Notes under the pieces: generated by a model | Database searches by the model: none | The model's input: only the letters and a program-made list of their open reading frames with translations | What the model was told of the DNA's origin: nothing | Part shown: piece by piece, positions 47,961-61,371 of the stretch | How positions within the stretch are numbered: the stretch's first letter is position 1 | How the letters are laid out: each line of letters opens with the position of its first letter | NCBI GenBank assembly: GCA_010093815.1 | Contig: ML996569.1 | Length of the DNA stretch: 64,000 bases | Source: Pseudovirgaria hyperparasitica | Taxonomy: Eukaryota | Reading direction: 5' to 3' (one strand) | Translations under genes and position numbers: made by a program

Positions 47961-48962
47961 GGATATTTTGGGAAGTGGATGATAGTAATGGGGCAATAGT
48001 AATCATAACAATAATCAATCAAGATTGTCTTTTCACTCTTCGTCTACATGTTCGTTCATCCATCCATACACACAATGAGAACATAAACAACCAAAAGCCC
48101 CCTTCAAACCCCCTTCCAGACAGCTACCCAAGTCCAAATCCTCTCACAACGCGCCTACTCCCACAAACTCAGCAGTCGTGGGGGCTTCCCTGGGACGCGT
48201 TTTTTCGCCAGCAGCTTGAACCTCAGATCTACCTCTAACCTCGAGAATGAATCAAAGTGTAAAGCTACATTTACGTGTCAATCAATTACTCAAAGGAAAA
48301 TGAAAGGCAGCAAGGTCGTAGAAAAGCCCAATATATAGATATTGGCCTGACTTTTTCTCATGGCTTCTGGGAGAAAAGAATAAACCTACTCCACCCTGAA
48401 CCTTGGGCACGTACTACTGCTCGCTTACTATCTTCTACTGCGTGGTGCATCATCTACATCCTAAGTCACGCAGAGAGCAGTGGCATATGATACTAGATGA
48501 CTCGACGAATACATCTCACCATCTCATTCACGGTTGGCAGTTGGTATTCCTCAGCAGTCCGACAATAATCCACTATGGTGCGACACGGTACATAAGCAAA
48601 CGAAGAGAGCACGAGCAGAGCATATCTGTCTTTCACGCATGAAGAAGTTTCTGGTAAAAGGGCACGGCAATACAGGAGATCTACAAGACTTCCGGCTGAC
48701 CCGGCTTGCATACGTACGTATATACTACATCACGTCCAGCGGAGACTTATTTTGCAATGCAGAAGAAGCACTCGTTTACTCGATTCGTATGGAAAGCCCG
48801 CCTGGCAAAAAGAATATCATCATATTAACGATACTCGTAACCAAAACATGGGGATAACTCCTGTTTCCAAGCCAACGTTCTCCGTTTACCCAAACGCTCT
48901 CTCTCTCTGTCTCTCTCTCGACCTCTCACTTTCACATTCCTCAGCCCCATCCATCAATCACA

Positions 48963-50485
48963 TCACGTACTCTTCACACACTCCGAAAAGTACCACTGTG
49001 CATACAATTCGCTCGCACTGATTGGTGCCTTCGGTGCCGGCCAGTCGGCACTCATGTCGCCGCCATGCAGGTGCTGCTGCTTCGTTCCTTCAGAGTAATT
49101 GCTTGAGCTCTTGAGCCTCACAGACGACATGCGGCGTCCCGGATCGCTCCTTGTGCTAACACTGGAACTCGTCTCACGTGGCAATGGAAAAGCTGGAAAT
49201 GCGGGCGGGACCAGCTCTAGCTCTGGCTCGGCCAAGATGCCACCAGCTGAGATGGACGATCTGTGGCCGTGACCATGGCGTATGAACTCGGCAGATTGAC
49301 GGGTGAAGATCATTGTGTATTCGCGTACAAAAGTGCGTACAAACTGGACGCTTTGACTTCTCTTCAATACATTTCGTTTCTTCTTGCGTGGTGGTCGCAT
49401 CATCTCGGTGATGGACTGTCCGATGTTCAAGGGCTGGCTACTGAGTCGTGGCTCATGTACAAAGTCTCGTTGGAGAACATTGTGGTGAGGTCCAGCGGGT
49501 CCTGTTCGTGCTTCGCGCGTGTGGGATGGATAGCGTGCCCATGCGCCACTTGGCTTGTTGCCTGCGTCAAATGAGACCCGTGCCGCTGCTCCAGGCGGCA
49601 GGGCTGAAGCTGGCCGAGAGTAGGTCGATGAAGGGCGAAGGACATTACCCCAGCATGTGGGAATGTCGTCACTCCCAAAAGCGGAGCTTGGGGTATGGAC
49701 AGCGCGAAACGACTTGATTTCTGGAGCATCTTGATCATACGTTGCCGAATCAAGGAGCCTAGCTGGTCCAATCGCATTTATTGGCTCGACTAAGGTTGTT
49801 GGCTCAATCTCTTCGACGTGTTTGACAAATGTACGCGATCCGGCTCGCGACATCCTCTTAGCCCCTGACGAGCGTCAGCGACATATCAAAATAGACTGAG
49901 GATTAATTGCCTACTCGAATATACTTTGAAGCTGGGCACACTACTTCTCTTACGAAGGTGTAAGGGTATAGTTGCAGATCTGCGAGGAGTCTGTCCGAAA
50001 GGACTTTTCATAAAGTCCTGGAAGCTCTTTGAACGCCGTAAAGGGTCATTCTCTGGTTTTTCCGGGTTCTGTGAGAAAGGCTGCCTTATGAAATCGTGAA
50101 AACTTTTGGATCGTCTCAGTATATGGCTCCTCTGCCTCTTTACTTTCTGCGACCGTCGGTTCCGGAGTGAAAATGATATGTCTCGCTCAAAGAAGCTTTT
50201 CCAAAACTCCTTTCGAGCTGACCGCCCATATCGATCGCGTCGCCGCTGACTGTGCGGTGACAACACTTTTGGATCTTGTAAAGGTGTTAATGGATCGATG
50301 ACCTCGCTGTGAGTCGAAGACTCAGAAGACCAGGGCGAATCGAAAGACGGAAACGGGAAAGCCTTAAGGCGTCTTCGCTTGCTTTGAGTAGCAGAGGCAC
50401 TGTCGGTGCTCTTGTCAATATGGCGTGGCGCAGGAGCTGGCGAATCTGTCGTCATGCGTGGATGACGGCAAAGTACATTTCGCAT
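48963..50485 (-). CDS. Hypothetical Ser/Arg-rich protein, 2 exons (start uncertain)
   Basis: ORFs 49886-50485 and 48963-49853 join in frame via a GTAGGC..GCTGAC..CAG intron (~49865-49914); motifs WARYPSHTR..R..PAG..NV..RDF and GHRSSISAGG.L..PELE look conserved. Confidence 0.7.
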
Positions 50486-50545
50486 CGCGACAATGTTGCA
50501 AGGACCAGCTTACGCCGTAGTAGTCTTTAGACAATAAAATGATGT

Positions 50546-51466
50546 TCAAGAAGAATGGCCGCCATTGTCGGTTGTCTCGACGAACCAGGCTGCTACGCTC
50601 GGTGTACAGAGAGTCTGTACTTCTTGCCAATTTTGTTCAGCAATCGCTTCCCGTATCCTCGTGGAGCTCACGCCTTCTGCTTCTCCGTTTGGACTCTCGA
50701 TCATATCAATCTGGTTCGCCCATTCCTTCTTAAGGCCTTGATCTTCTAGATCACCGTCTCTGAGTTGTCTAAGATAGCCGCGCTGCTCATCCAAAGTTCC
50801 AAAGTTTGCTGATGACTTATCTGAGGCAATGCTTGGTCTCATGGTGACTAAAAACCTGTGGCCGGCCTCGAAAAACGGCGCCAGCGCAGACAATGGAGGA
50901 CTGTGATCCTGGTAGTATCGCGGTGCACATACACGGATGATGGTGTCATAACCGATAAGATGCACGTGAACTGGCTTGCTTGGGTATGCTTGAGGCTCAG
51001 CCTTAGAGATTGCAGCCGACTTATCGTGGTAGTATGGAAACTTCGTGAGGCCAATATCAATTGGTATGGACGATTCAGGGAGAGATGCTCCAGGCGGACA
51101 AGATGATAGTCTTTTAGTGAAATGATCGGAAATATCCTTAGCAAACAATGACATGTAGGCTAGTCTCTGGGCAAAGACGGAATGGTCGAACGAGCCCTTG
51201 TCCGCATTGTGAGTACTGAAAAGAAGTAAGAGCCGGTAGGGCCTTGCGAATGTCAAGCTCTGTTGAAAAATTGCATTCGTTGCGAGTGATAGATGTGCTA
51301 TCGATGGAGGATTGAAAGATGAGTCCAAAATGAAAAGCGTTCTGAATTCTCCTCGAGACTGTCCGACAGTCTGTACGATGCGAAAGTCTGCTGACGACGA
51401 TACGAACTGTTTAACACTGTTTTCTAGCGAAGACAGAGTCTTCTTGATGGCGGCGACACGGGACAT
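50546..51466 (-). CDS. POF1: Pof1-like nicotinamide-nucleotide adenylyltransferase / cytidylyltransferase family, intronless
   Basis: LDSSFNPPSIAH, LLLFSTHNADK, PYYHDK, HLIGYDT..R...P.YY, GVSSTRIR. Confidence 0.8.
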   Translation of the reverse strand: MSRVAAIKKTLSSLENSVKQFVSSSADFRIVQTVGQSRGEFRTLFILDSSFNPPSIAHLSLATNAIFQQSLTFARPYRLLLLFSTHNADKGSFDHSVFAQRLAYMSLFAKDISDHFTKRLSSCPPGASLPESSIPIDIGLTKFPYYHDKSAAISKAEPQAYPSKPVHVHLIGYDTIIRVCAPRYYQDHSPPLSALAPFFEAGHRFLVTMRPSIASDKSSANFGTLDEQRGYLRQLRDGDLEDQGLKKEWANQIDMIESPNGEAEGVSSTRIREAIAEQNWQEVQTLCTPSVAAWFVETTDNGGHSS

Positions 51467-52064
51467 GTCCTAAACTGCATAAGATAATAAGACTCGGAAG
51501 GTGGAGGGATAGATTAAGAGAACCCTGCAGTGCACCCTTCGAGGTTCTCCGTCAGAGCTATGACCATTAGATAAGCCCAACCTCACGATTGTAACACACT
51601 AATTAGGCGTTTGCATCCTCGAACTCGTACTTTACGGAATGTCGGTAGAGATGGTTGAGATCATTATATATGTGAACTTGGTTAAATTTGTTTCCACCGC
51701 GACTCGAGCATCTAGATACTGTCATCGATAGCGTAAGATAGACTGCATAGAGAGGTTTGAATCAAACATCCTCTACTTAATTTGATATACAAAGAAGTAA
51801 GAAACGGAGGCTCCCTCGATTTTCGTATGTATCGTCGAGATCCCCAGCATGTTGAAAGCTGCAAACACTTTTCATGGTATCATCGCCCTAGTCATCTCCC
51901 CGGTCATCTCCCCAGTCAACTCCCCATGCAACCCATGTGACGTCCTATTGTTGAAACGCCGATGTTGAAATCGCACCATCTATAAACTAAGATGCTTTTT
52001 CTAGTCCATGCATGTTGAAAATTCATAGCGCATAATACATCGCAGCGGTTGGGCGCTGCTTAGT

Positions 52065-54518
52065 TTAAGAAGAGTACTTCTCGCGGAAGATCTTGGCAGC
52101 GTTGACCAAGTTGATCAACGCAGCCTTAGTCTCCTTCCACTGACGGGTCTTAAGACCACAGTCAGGGTTGATCCAGAGCTGTTCAGGCTTCAAGTATCTG
52201 AATGACGATTAGGATTATGACGGTGACCGTTTTGTGGAAGTTACTTACTGCAGCATCTCAGCAATGCGATCCTCAAACTCCTTCTCAGCAGGCACACGAG
52301 GGGAGTGAATATCGTAAACACCAGGGCCAATGTGGCGGGGGTAAGCCTTGTCGACAAAGACCTTGAGGAGCTTAGCGTCACTCTTGCTGTTCTCGATGGA
52401 GAGAACGTCAGCGTCGAGGGCGGCGATGGCATGGAAGAAGTCCTGAAACTCGGAGTAGCAGAAGTGTGAGTGGATCTGAGTAGAGTCCTCAACACCGGCA
52501 GTGGAAAGCTTGAAAGAGTCGACAGCCCAGTCGAGGTACTTCTCGCGCTCAACGCCAGAGCGGAGAGGAAGTCCCTCACGCAGAGCCGGCTCATCGACCT
52601 GGATGACATAGATGCCAGCGGCCTCAAGGTCAACAACCTCCTCACGCAGAGCGAGAGCAAGCTGCTGAGCTTGGACCGATTGGTGGACATCATCACGAGG
52701 GAAAGACCATCGCAGACAGGTGATAGGACCAGTAAGCATACCCTTCATGGGCTTCTTGGACATCTTTGCGGCATACTTGGATTCCTTAACGGTCATAGGA
52801 GCTGGACGTGAGACGTCTCCAACGATGATTGGGGGGCGTACACAGCGTGAGCCGTAACTCTGTACCCACCCGTTGGTGGTGAAGGCGTACCCATCGAGAC
52901 GCTCGCCAAAGTATTGAACCATGTCGTTACGCTCCGGCTCACCATGAACGTAAACGTCAAGGCCAAGCTCGTCCTGGACTCTGATGACCTCATCGATCTC
53001 CTTCTCGATGAACTTCTCGTACTCCTCGGGTGTGATTTCACCCTTGGTAAATTTGTTACGTTGAATGCGGATGTCCTTGGTCTGGGGGAAGGAACCGATG
53101 GTAGTGGTAGGGAAGAGGGGAAGGCTAAGGTGCTTCTTCTGTTGCTCATAACGTGCGGGGAACTCAGACTTGCGGTCGTGCATAGCTTTGGTAATCTTAG
53201 ATTGAGCCTCCTTGACAGCGGGGTTGTTGGTGCGCTTGGAGGTAGCGCGGGCCTGCATAGCCTTCTCATTTGACTCGAGCTCGGCCTTGACTGATGCAGG
53301 ACCATCAGTGACAGCCTTAGCAATCACAGCGACCTCACGGATCTTTTGCGCAGCGAATGAGAACCACTCTCTGACGTCAGCATCGAGCTTCTTCTCACTA
53401 TCAAGAGAGTGAGGGGTGTGGAGGAGAGAACTCGAGGTAGCAACGATGACGCGCTCTGCACCAAGCTTCTGAATAGCAGTCTCAACGATCTCAATAGCCT
53501 TCTTGAAGTTGGTCTTCCAGATGTTACGGCCGTCAACAACGCCGGCAGACAAAACCTGATTAGGTCCGAGCTGGCTGATTACGGGCTCAAGTTGCTCTGG
53601 GTGACGGACAAGGTCAACGTGAAGAGCGTGTACGTTTGCAAGCGCTGGGAGAACATCGAAGTTGTGGACGATGTCGCCAAAGTATGTGGCAAGAACGATC
53701 TTGGGGAGGTCGCTCTTGGCCAGAGCCTCGTAGGCAGGCTTGAAGGCAGCCTTGACGGCTGGTTGCAGGTCAAAGACCAACACAGGCTCATCAATCTGGA
53801 CGGTCTCGGCGCCGGCCTTCTTCAGAGCGGTCAGAAGCTCGACATATACTGGGAGGAGCTTGGGGAGGAGGGAGATAGGTTCGACATCTTGGTCACGGTC
53901 GGCCTTTCCAAGAGCAAGGAAAGAGACCGGGCCGAGAAGAACAGGCCGGGTGTTGATGCCTGCTTCCTTGGCCTCCAAGTATTCGCGGACAGGCTTCGGG
54001 TCAGATGCGAGTTTGAAGCTCTGGTCTTTCTGAAGTGTAGGCTTGACGTAGTGGTAGTTTGAGTCGAACCATTTTACCATTTCCTGGAACGTTTGTCAGT
54101 GCTGAACTACTGTGAGCAGTGAAGTACGGCGTACCAGACTGGGAACATCGACACCATCCTTCTGGTGGCCACGACCCATGGCAAAGTACTCGTCAATTGG
54201 CGCCAAACCGTGTTTCGAGTAGCGCTCTGGGATAGCCTGTATGTTATAGTCAGCTAGTGATTCCCTGTGTCTGACGATTATGCATACGTTGAACATCTGA
54301 ATGTGGTCGAGGACGTGGTCGTAGAATGCAAAGTCGTTGCTGGGGATCTGGTCAACACCAGCATCCTTCTGCAATTTCCAGTGAGCAAGACGAAGCCTCT
54401 TGGCTTCGGCGAGAAGCTCATCACGGGAGAGCTTGTCGGCCCAGTATGCTTCATTGGCCTTCTTCAAGTCACGGTTTGCACCCATGCGGGGGAAACCAAG
54501 GACTGATGACGACACCAT
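52065..54518 (-). CDS. MET6: Cobalamin-independent methionine synthase, 4 exons
   Basis: [74 protein letters not shown]. Confidence 0.98.
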
Positions 54519-55925
54519 GGTTGTGGAACGGATTGAGGTACTGAAGAAACGGGATAGGGAGATTGTGTATTTCAGTAGTGAGAGGGGTATTTTGAAAAGT
54601 GAAGAGAGGAGGGAAAGGAGCAGAGTGGGAAGAGAATGCAAGAAAAGCGGTGGATGAGGTGATGGGCAGAGATTTTTGTAGCTGATCGCACAGCGGGGGT
54701 GGGGTTGTTCGGTTCACCAAGGGATAGAGATTTGGAGGCACGGACCATCCGATTCGGTCGCCGTAGTGTTTTGAGTTTCGGCCTTTGACTGGCTGGACGC
54801 GCTTCAGGAGCTGGAAAATGCTGCGTTTGCGCCCAAGATTCCCCGGACAACGGACGTGTCGATATAATACTGCTTGGACCACGGCAACATATCAATTAGT
54901 TACTCTACAAGAATTCAACGGGTACATTTCAGATTCGGACGCAACCAGGGCGCAGAACTCCCTATCTTGAGCTCTATCATTCCGACCGGAGAAATTATCA
55001 CTACCTCGACCGGGTATTGCCATTCATGGCGATCGCACAAACGTCTTGCCAGGGCTACTTGACGTCTCACCACGGGGGCAGCGTCTTACTTCTGATCTCC
55101 TACAATCCGCTATGGAACGAAGTTGTCCGTGCCACATTATCATGTTGGCTCGCTACCGGGCATGGTCACTACTTCATGCACCGCCCCCGTCACGACATAA
55201 CAGCTTCATGGCTTCTGTTTAGCACACCGCTCTAGCTGCAACATAGTCTTGGCTCGTCGTATCTCATGGCGAACCACTGAACGAGAATGCTTGAATTACC
55301 TATCCACAGAATAGTCATCTCGACAGTCTCGAGCTCAATGTACACACTGGGTTCAAGTGCCTCCGATTCTCCGGAGAATATCAGAACTCAAAACACTTGA
55401 AATGGACCCCTCATTGGCCGAGGTGGGCGCGGTTTTTCGGTGCATATCGCCCACCTCCGATAGGCTCCCCAGACATGTCAGCATTTCATCCCGAGATCCA
55501 CATAATTGCGGTACTTCAAGCTTCAAGCGCTAGTCTTGAGCTTCTATAAGACCACAGGAGACGGAAACAGAACATCAATAAAGGTAGATTTTTAGCCATT
55601 CTCCAAGCGCAATGTCGCTGTTCTCGCGTTGCTGCATGCGTAGACCCTGTGCGCCTCTCTGTTATGATGGATGCTATCGCGGGGCATTAGCTAGGCCTCA
55701 TACAGCCTGTGGGCCAGGGTCCTAGGCCGCATTATCCGACGAGCGCTATAGGTAGCTTTCAGCAGCGCGAGTATCAATCTTTACCTCTATCTTCTTTCCC
55801 CAAGCTTCTGAGCATCAGTAGCATCAGTATCAAGTTTTCACCTTTCAAAGAGCCAGGGAATATCTTGCGATAGAACAATTGGTGTGTACGCACACTGGAG
55901 CATACTGCGCAAGTCAAGCTTCAAG

Positions 55926-56795
55926 ATGAACGGCACCAGCCATCCACGCGATTCCGAAGAAGGTCTCCTGGGCCGCAAAGACAGCCGTTTCTCTTGGGCA
56001 AACATCCGGCGACACTTCGATGAAGATGTCACAGAAGCATGGGGCGACGCCCTGCTCATCGTAACATGCTTCGTAACTGGCCTTCTCGATGGCGCCGTGT
56101 TCAACGTCTGGAGCTGCTTCGTGAGCATGATGACCGGTATAACCTTCTTCCGCCCCAATCAAGCATCTCCGTATTGAGAGTTGAGAACAGGAAACACTGT
56201 CTATGTCGGTCTCGGCGTCACCGGCCAACCCGCATCCCAACCGTACCGCTGGGCCAAATCCGGCACTGCAATTCTCTCCTTCATGCTCGGCACCTACTTA
56301 TTCTCACGTTGCATGCGATACCTAGGGCCCTTGCGCCGTCTTACCGTTATCCTCGCCCTTCTCCTTCAGGCACTTCTCTGCTTCGCATCTGCCCTCCTTT
56401 GCCTCTTCTCAGTCGTGCCCGCCGACGCTGGCACTCTACTGCCAAATAATTTCATCGTGCTCCTTCCGCTCTGTCTTCTCTCTATCCAGAGCTCGGGCCA
56501 GATCGTACTGAGCAGATTTCTGGGATATGGCGAGATCACGACGGTGGTACTGACGAGCGCGTATTGTGATTTAGTGTTCGACGAGAAGGTGTTCACTGCG
56601 CCGATGACGGCGAATGTGAAGAGGAATCGGAGAGTGTGTGCGGCAGTCATGTTGGTGCTAGGTGCGATGCTGGGAGGGTTCGTGACGAAGAATGGAGACA
56701 TTACGAATGCGTTGTGGATCTCGGGCGCGATGAAGGTGGGTATGGCGGGGGTTTATGTACTATGGAAGGGTAAGGGGGGTGTGAGATTAGAATAG
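55926..56795 (+). CDS. DUF1275/YoaK family membrane protein, 2 exons
   Basis: CFVTGLLD..F..W.CFVSMMT|GNTV; TTVVLTSAYCDL; several TM helices. Confidence 0.88.
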
Positions 56796-56962
56796 GGGGA
56801 TGTACTGTGTACGTTGGTGGATATAGACGCTAAGGAGTGTGAGATCAGACTCAGTATAGATTGGGTGGATGTAGAACCCGTAGAACCTGCATAAATATAA
56901 TTGGTCTCATTGCTACAGACTTTCACATTGTTCATGCTTGCCAGTCAGACAGCCGAAACAGC

Positions 56963-58130
56963 CTAAATAATCTTTCCTTTATTAACGACAAATGATTCCA
57001 GAGCGCTAACAGCTGCCCACAGCCTGTTCTCACCCTCCTGGAAGACCAGACTCCTCGGTCCGTAAAACACTTCGTCGCTAACTTCTTCTGGGTGGCGAGG
57101 CAGACAGTGCATAAACTTCCATCCCTCCTTCGCTCCGCCCTTTTTCGCCATCTCACTAGTAACCTGAAAGCCCTGGAAGGCTTTGATCCTCTTCTTAGCT
57201 TCCTCCTCTTGGCCCATGGATATCCAAGTGTCTGTGACAATGACATCCGCATTTTTAACAGCTTCGAGAGGCGAGGTTGTCTCTTCAAGCTTGCCATGAT
57301 GCGGCGAAGTCTCCGATGCCTTGGCAATTATGGTTTTGACGTGCTCTGGGATGCCGTAACCCTCGGGTGAAGCGACCGAGAGGTTGACGCCTAATTTCGT
57401 GGCCCCTATGGCAAGGTCGTATAGGACATTGTTGGCATCGCCGACCCACGCGATCTTCATGCCTTCTAAGCCTAGACTTGCGCCACGGTGTGATCGGAGA
57501 GCAGAGGAGCTGGAAGGAAAGGCTTCGTGAATTGTGAGGAAATCGGCGATAGTTTGCATAGGGTGGAAAGTGTCACACAGGGCGTTGATGACAGGAACAG
57601 AGGAATGCTTCGCTATTTCAGCGATGTCGCTATGAGGGCCGACGCGGGCTACGATGGCGGAAGTCATGCTAGATATGATGACGGTCGTGTCATATAAGGA
57701 TTCGTTCACCTGGAATCAGTCACGTCAGTCCTGGGTGCATCCGGGCAAATTACAATCACATTAAGATATGGCAGCATACTCCTAATTGAATGTCGTTCTT
57801 TCCCAGGAACATAGGCGATCCACCAAGTTGTGCAATTGCTCCCTCTGTTGACACTCTGGTTCGTGTGCTCAGCTTGCTAAAGAGCATAGCTACAGTCTTG
57901 CCGGACAGCGCTCCAATGAGATGTTGGGGGACTGCGCCAGATTTAATGGCCTGCTTATGTGAAGCTGCATTGCGAACCAATGCTGTGAATTCAGTAGGCG
58001 TGAGGTCTGCAATTGAGAGCAAATGGCGTGGAGCAAATGGTGAAGTCGGTGGGGTCGTAGGAGAAGAGTAATGGCGGATTTGAGATGCTCGAAGCTGTCG
58101 AACGAAAGGAGATGGTCTCAGAGGAGCCAT
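56963..58130 (-). CDS. ARG3: Ornithine carbamoyltransferase, mitochondrial; 2 exons
   Basis: HLLSIADL, FSKLSTRTRVS, DIQLG|VNESL.DT, HPMQ, WVGD.NN, TDTWISMG, FMHCLPR. Confidence 0.97.
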
Positions 58131-58628
58131 TGCGACTGCCTTGTTGTTAGAGGTTAGATAAAGGCGCAACCAGAACTTTTACGAGGACAAATTCACTCTA
58201 CGGCGGGGATCTTGACGAGCACCTGAGATCAGTCGTGACTCGACAAGGCGTGAAAACGTAAAAAGCTGGGGCAGCTGGGCTCGGATCGTCAGGTAGCCAT
58301 AGCTCCCAAGCATACCACTTGTACATGGCCAAGCAGCTAATCAATCTTATCTCGGCTGCCAAACCCACCCCAAATGCCCGTGACGGCTGCATCGGGGCAG
58401 GGATCAAGGCTGACTGGGTGCGCATCGTGCCTGGCATCCCGCATCTCACTGCGCGTCCTTCCACAGCCTCAACCACTTCCGCCTCATCTCTCCTCCACTC
58501 CACTCTATTCCTCTACACCGCCGTCACCATTTACCTACCCATTTACGACATGTATTAGCGATCCACGATTTATACAACGTACATCATTTGGTACCCACCT
58601 TACCCACCAGACATCTAGAGACTCCGCA

Positions 58629-61371
58629 ATGGTCGAGTCCAACGATGACGCAACCCGGCTCGCTGGTCGACCTACCTCCATCACGTCCAGCAGATCTAGA
58701 CGATCACAACGAAGTAAAAATCATGAAGAGACACCTCTTCTCGCCCGAAGTGATCGCGAAGACAGTGATGTAGAGGATGACGATGCGAATCAAGAACTGC
58801 CGTCTGCATCGCGCGCCTCGGCGTTCCTCCAGTCACTCCGGAATCTCAGGGATAGAAAGCTCTCGTCGAGCAAGAAGAGAAGATGGCCAAGTCTTATTGC
58901 ACTTTTGGTGCTCTTTATAGTCCTAGTACTAGTCCTGGTATTCGGATTCATAATGCCCGCGGCTGTCAAAGAGTATGCGACCCAAGCCGTTGATTTCCAA
59001 CCAACAAGGCTCTCACTAGTCTCCCTCACTGAGACTGGCGTGCGAGTACACGTGGAAGGTGACTTCGTCGTGGACGCTTCCAGGGTTTCAAAAAAGTCAA
59101 CAAGAGATTTTGGGAGATTTGGAACCTGGATCGCGAGGGAGGTGGAGACTGGAGAGTCAGAGGTCACGGTCTACCTTCCGGAGTACGACAATATCCCTGC
59201 TGGGAAGGCTATTATACCCTCCATCAAGGTCAACATCCGTAATGGACACGTAAATCACATCGACTTCCATACCATCGTACAGCCTGGCGTTGTCGATGGC
59301 CTGCGAGACGTCGCTAATGATTGGCTCGAAGGTCGCCGTGGGGATATTATACTTCTTGGAAAAGCTGAAGTACCTCTGAAATCTGGAATCTTCAGCCTCG
59401 GTAAACAAACACTAGAACAGCCACTGAAGATCGAAGGGTCAAAGATACCGGCTGTCCCGAATTACGATATTGCCAGACTGGACATTCACGAGATGAATAA
59501 TACCAGTAACCGAGGGGGCATGAGCGCGGATGCAACGATAATCATTGAAAACGACTTCCCGGTCGCCCTTAATGTGCCTGCTGTAGGATTTGACGTTATG
59601 GTTGATGGATGTACCCCGCTAGATTCGTACATCACCGTTGGAAATGCGTCTACATCCCACTTGGATATAAAGCCGAATGCAGATGTCCACGTTTTTGCAT
59701 CTGGAGATGTCCGGGAACTGCCACACGCTCTTACTAAAGACTGTCCAAATTCCGATAAATCACCTCTTGATCTCTTTCTCACGAACTATATTCATGGCGA
59801 AGATAGCCAGATCTATATCAACTGCTGTACTTTCCCAGATCCGGATACTCCATCATGGGCAAACGATATACTGAAGGACATCGTCGTTCCTCTGCCCTTC
59901 CCTGGCCGAACATTCGATCATCTCCTAAAGAATTTCTCGTTGGCAGATGTACAATTCCATCTGCCTGAAATGTGGGCTGAGCCTGGTACGCCAGCTGCAC
60001 AGCCCAAGATATCGGCCAACATCATCGCCCTAGTCGGGCTACCGAAGGAGATGAACTTTCGTTTGGATGTTGGTCACGTACGTGCCGATGCCGACATCTA
60101 CTACAAACATAAGAAGATGGGCAGACTTGACCTCAATAAATGGCAACAGGCCCATTCCAAGAGAGTCGACAACTCGACAGAAGGGCCGGAGCTAGAAATC
60201 ACCTCTCATGTCGACAAAGCACCTCTGGAGATTCTAGACGAGGATGCTTTCACAGAGATCGTTCAGACACTACTTTTCGGGGGAAGGACTCTCTACCTTG
60301 AGGTCAAGGCCAGTGTCGATGTGCAAGTTGATACCCCTCTTGGCAACATCACTGTCCAGCAGTTGCCCGCAAAGGGTGTTGTCCCTGTGAAACGTTCGTA
60401 GCCTAAGTCCAATAAACTCATCTTTGTTTAGAGCTACGCTAATTGGCGTTAGCGGTATCCTCGGGTGATGGTGGCATGGGATCTATTCGCCCACAAGTTG
60501 GGAATCTCGAAATCATTGATACTGATGATCGTTCTGTGACGGTCCAAGCCAGAGTTAATCTCACAAATCCTACCAACTATTCCGCCATCGTCCCATACGT
60601 TAACATCAACATTCTTAACAATGATACCATACTTGGCCACGCTATCGCGGAGAATATAACGGTACATCCTGGCAATAACACTAATTTACCTGTAAAAGCC
60701 ATATGGCAGCCTGGCGTCGCCGAGGGTGCAAAGGGTCACAAAATCGGCAGAGAGTTGATCTCCCAATATCTATCTGGTAGGCGCACAAATCATCTTCTGG
60801 CCCAGACGCTCACATACTAAACTCCCTAGGCTACAATGTGACCCTCACGCTCCAAACTCACGCCTCCACAATCCCTGCCCAACCCTTCCTCGGCCGTCTT
60901 CTCTCCTTCTTCCCCATCACTATCCCCGCCCCGCACCTTCACCAACCTCCTCCCGGTGACGACCCATCCGATGACCCTGATGAAGACTCTCCCAACGACC
61001 CACCAAAATTCATCCGCCGCACCATCATGCATATTTTCAGTTCCTCTGCGACATTCGACCTCCTCTCACCCTTCTCATCCACCACACTGTACCTCACATG
61101 GTTAAATGCTACCGCGTTCTACCACGAAGAGCCCGCCGGCAAGATCCTGTATGATGACGAGATTGAGGTGCCGCCAGGGCTGAGCACAACGCCAAGATTG
61201 CCCGTGAATTGGGAACTGGGCAGTGTGGGCTTTGAGGCTATTCGGAAGGCGCTTGGTGGCAGGTTAAGGTTGAATGCTACAGCTACTGTAGGCGTGAGGA
61301 TTGGAGAGTGGGAGCCGAGGGGCGGGTTGTGGTTTGTTGGTAGGGGCATCGGCGCTGGGGTTCGGCCGTAG
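58629..61371 (+). CDS. Tag1/DUF3712-like type II membrane protein, 3 exons
   Basis: N-terminal EETPLL acidic dileucine signal, single TM, long beta-rich lumenal domain with N-glycosylation sequons; ORFs 58374-60401, 60443-60820 and 60838-61371 join. Confidence 0.75.

Noticed and set aside
52241..54062. Antisense and off-frame ORFs within MET6 (likewise in ACO2 and MED5)
   Set aside because: Expected for highly biased genes; no independent motifs
57866..57886. OTC motif FSKLSTRT instead of the usual KRSTRT
   Set aside because: The STRT core is intact and the preceding residue varies among carbamoyltransferases
19408..58130. Metabolic or secondary-metabolite gene cluster (ILV6, ACO2, MET6, ARG3, SDR)
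   Set aside because: Different pathways, interspersed with unrelated genes; no PKS, NRPS or terpene core
58374..58628. 85-aa N-terminal extension of the Tag1-like ORF
   Set aside because: Upstream ATG lies in the shared ARG3 promoter region; ATG 58629 has good context and the extension looks like leader sequence
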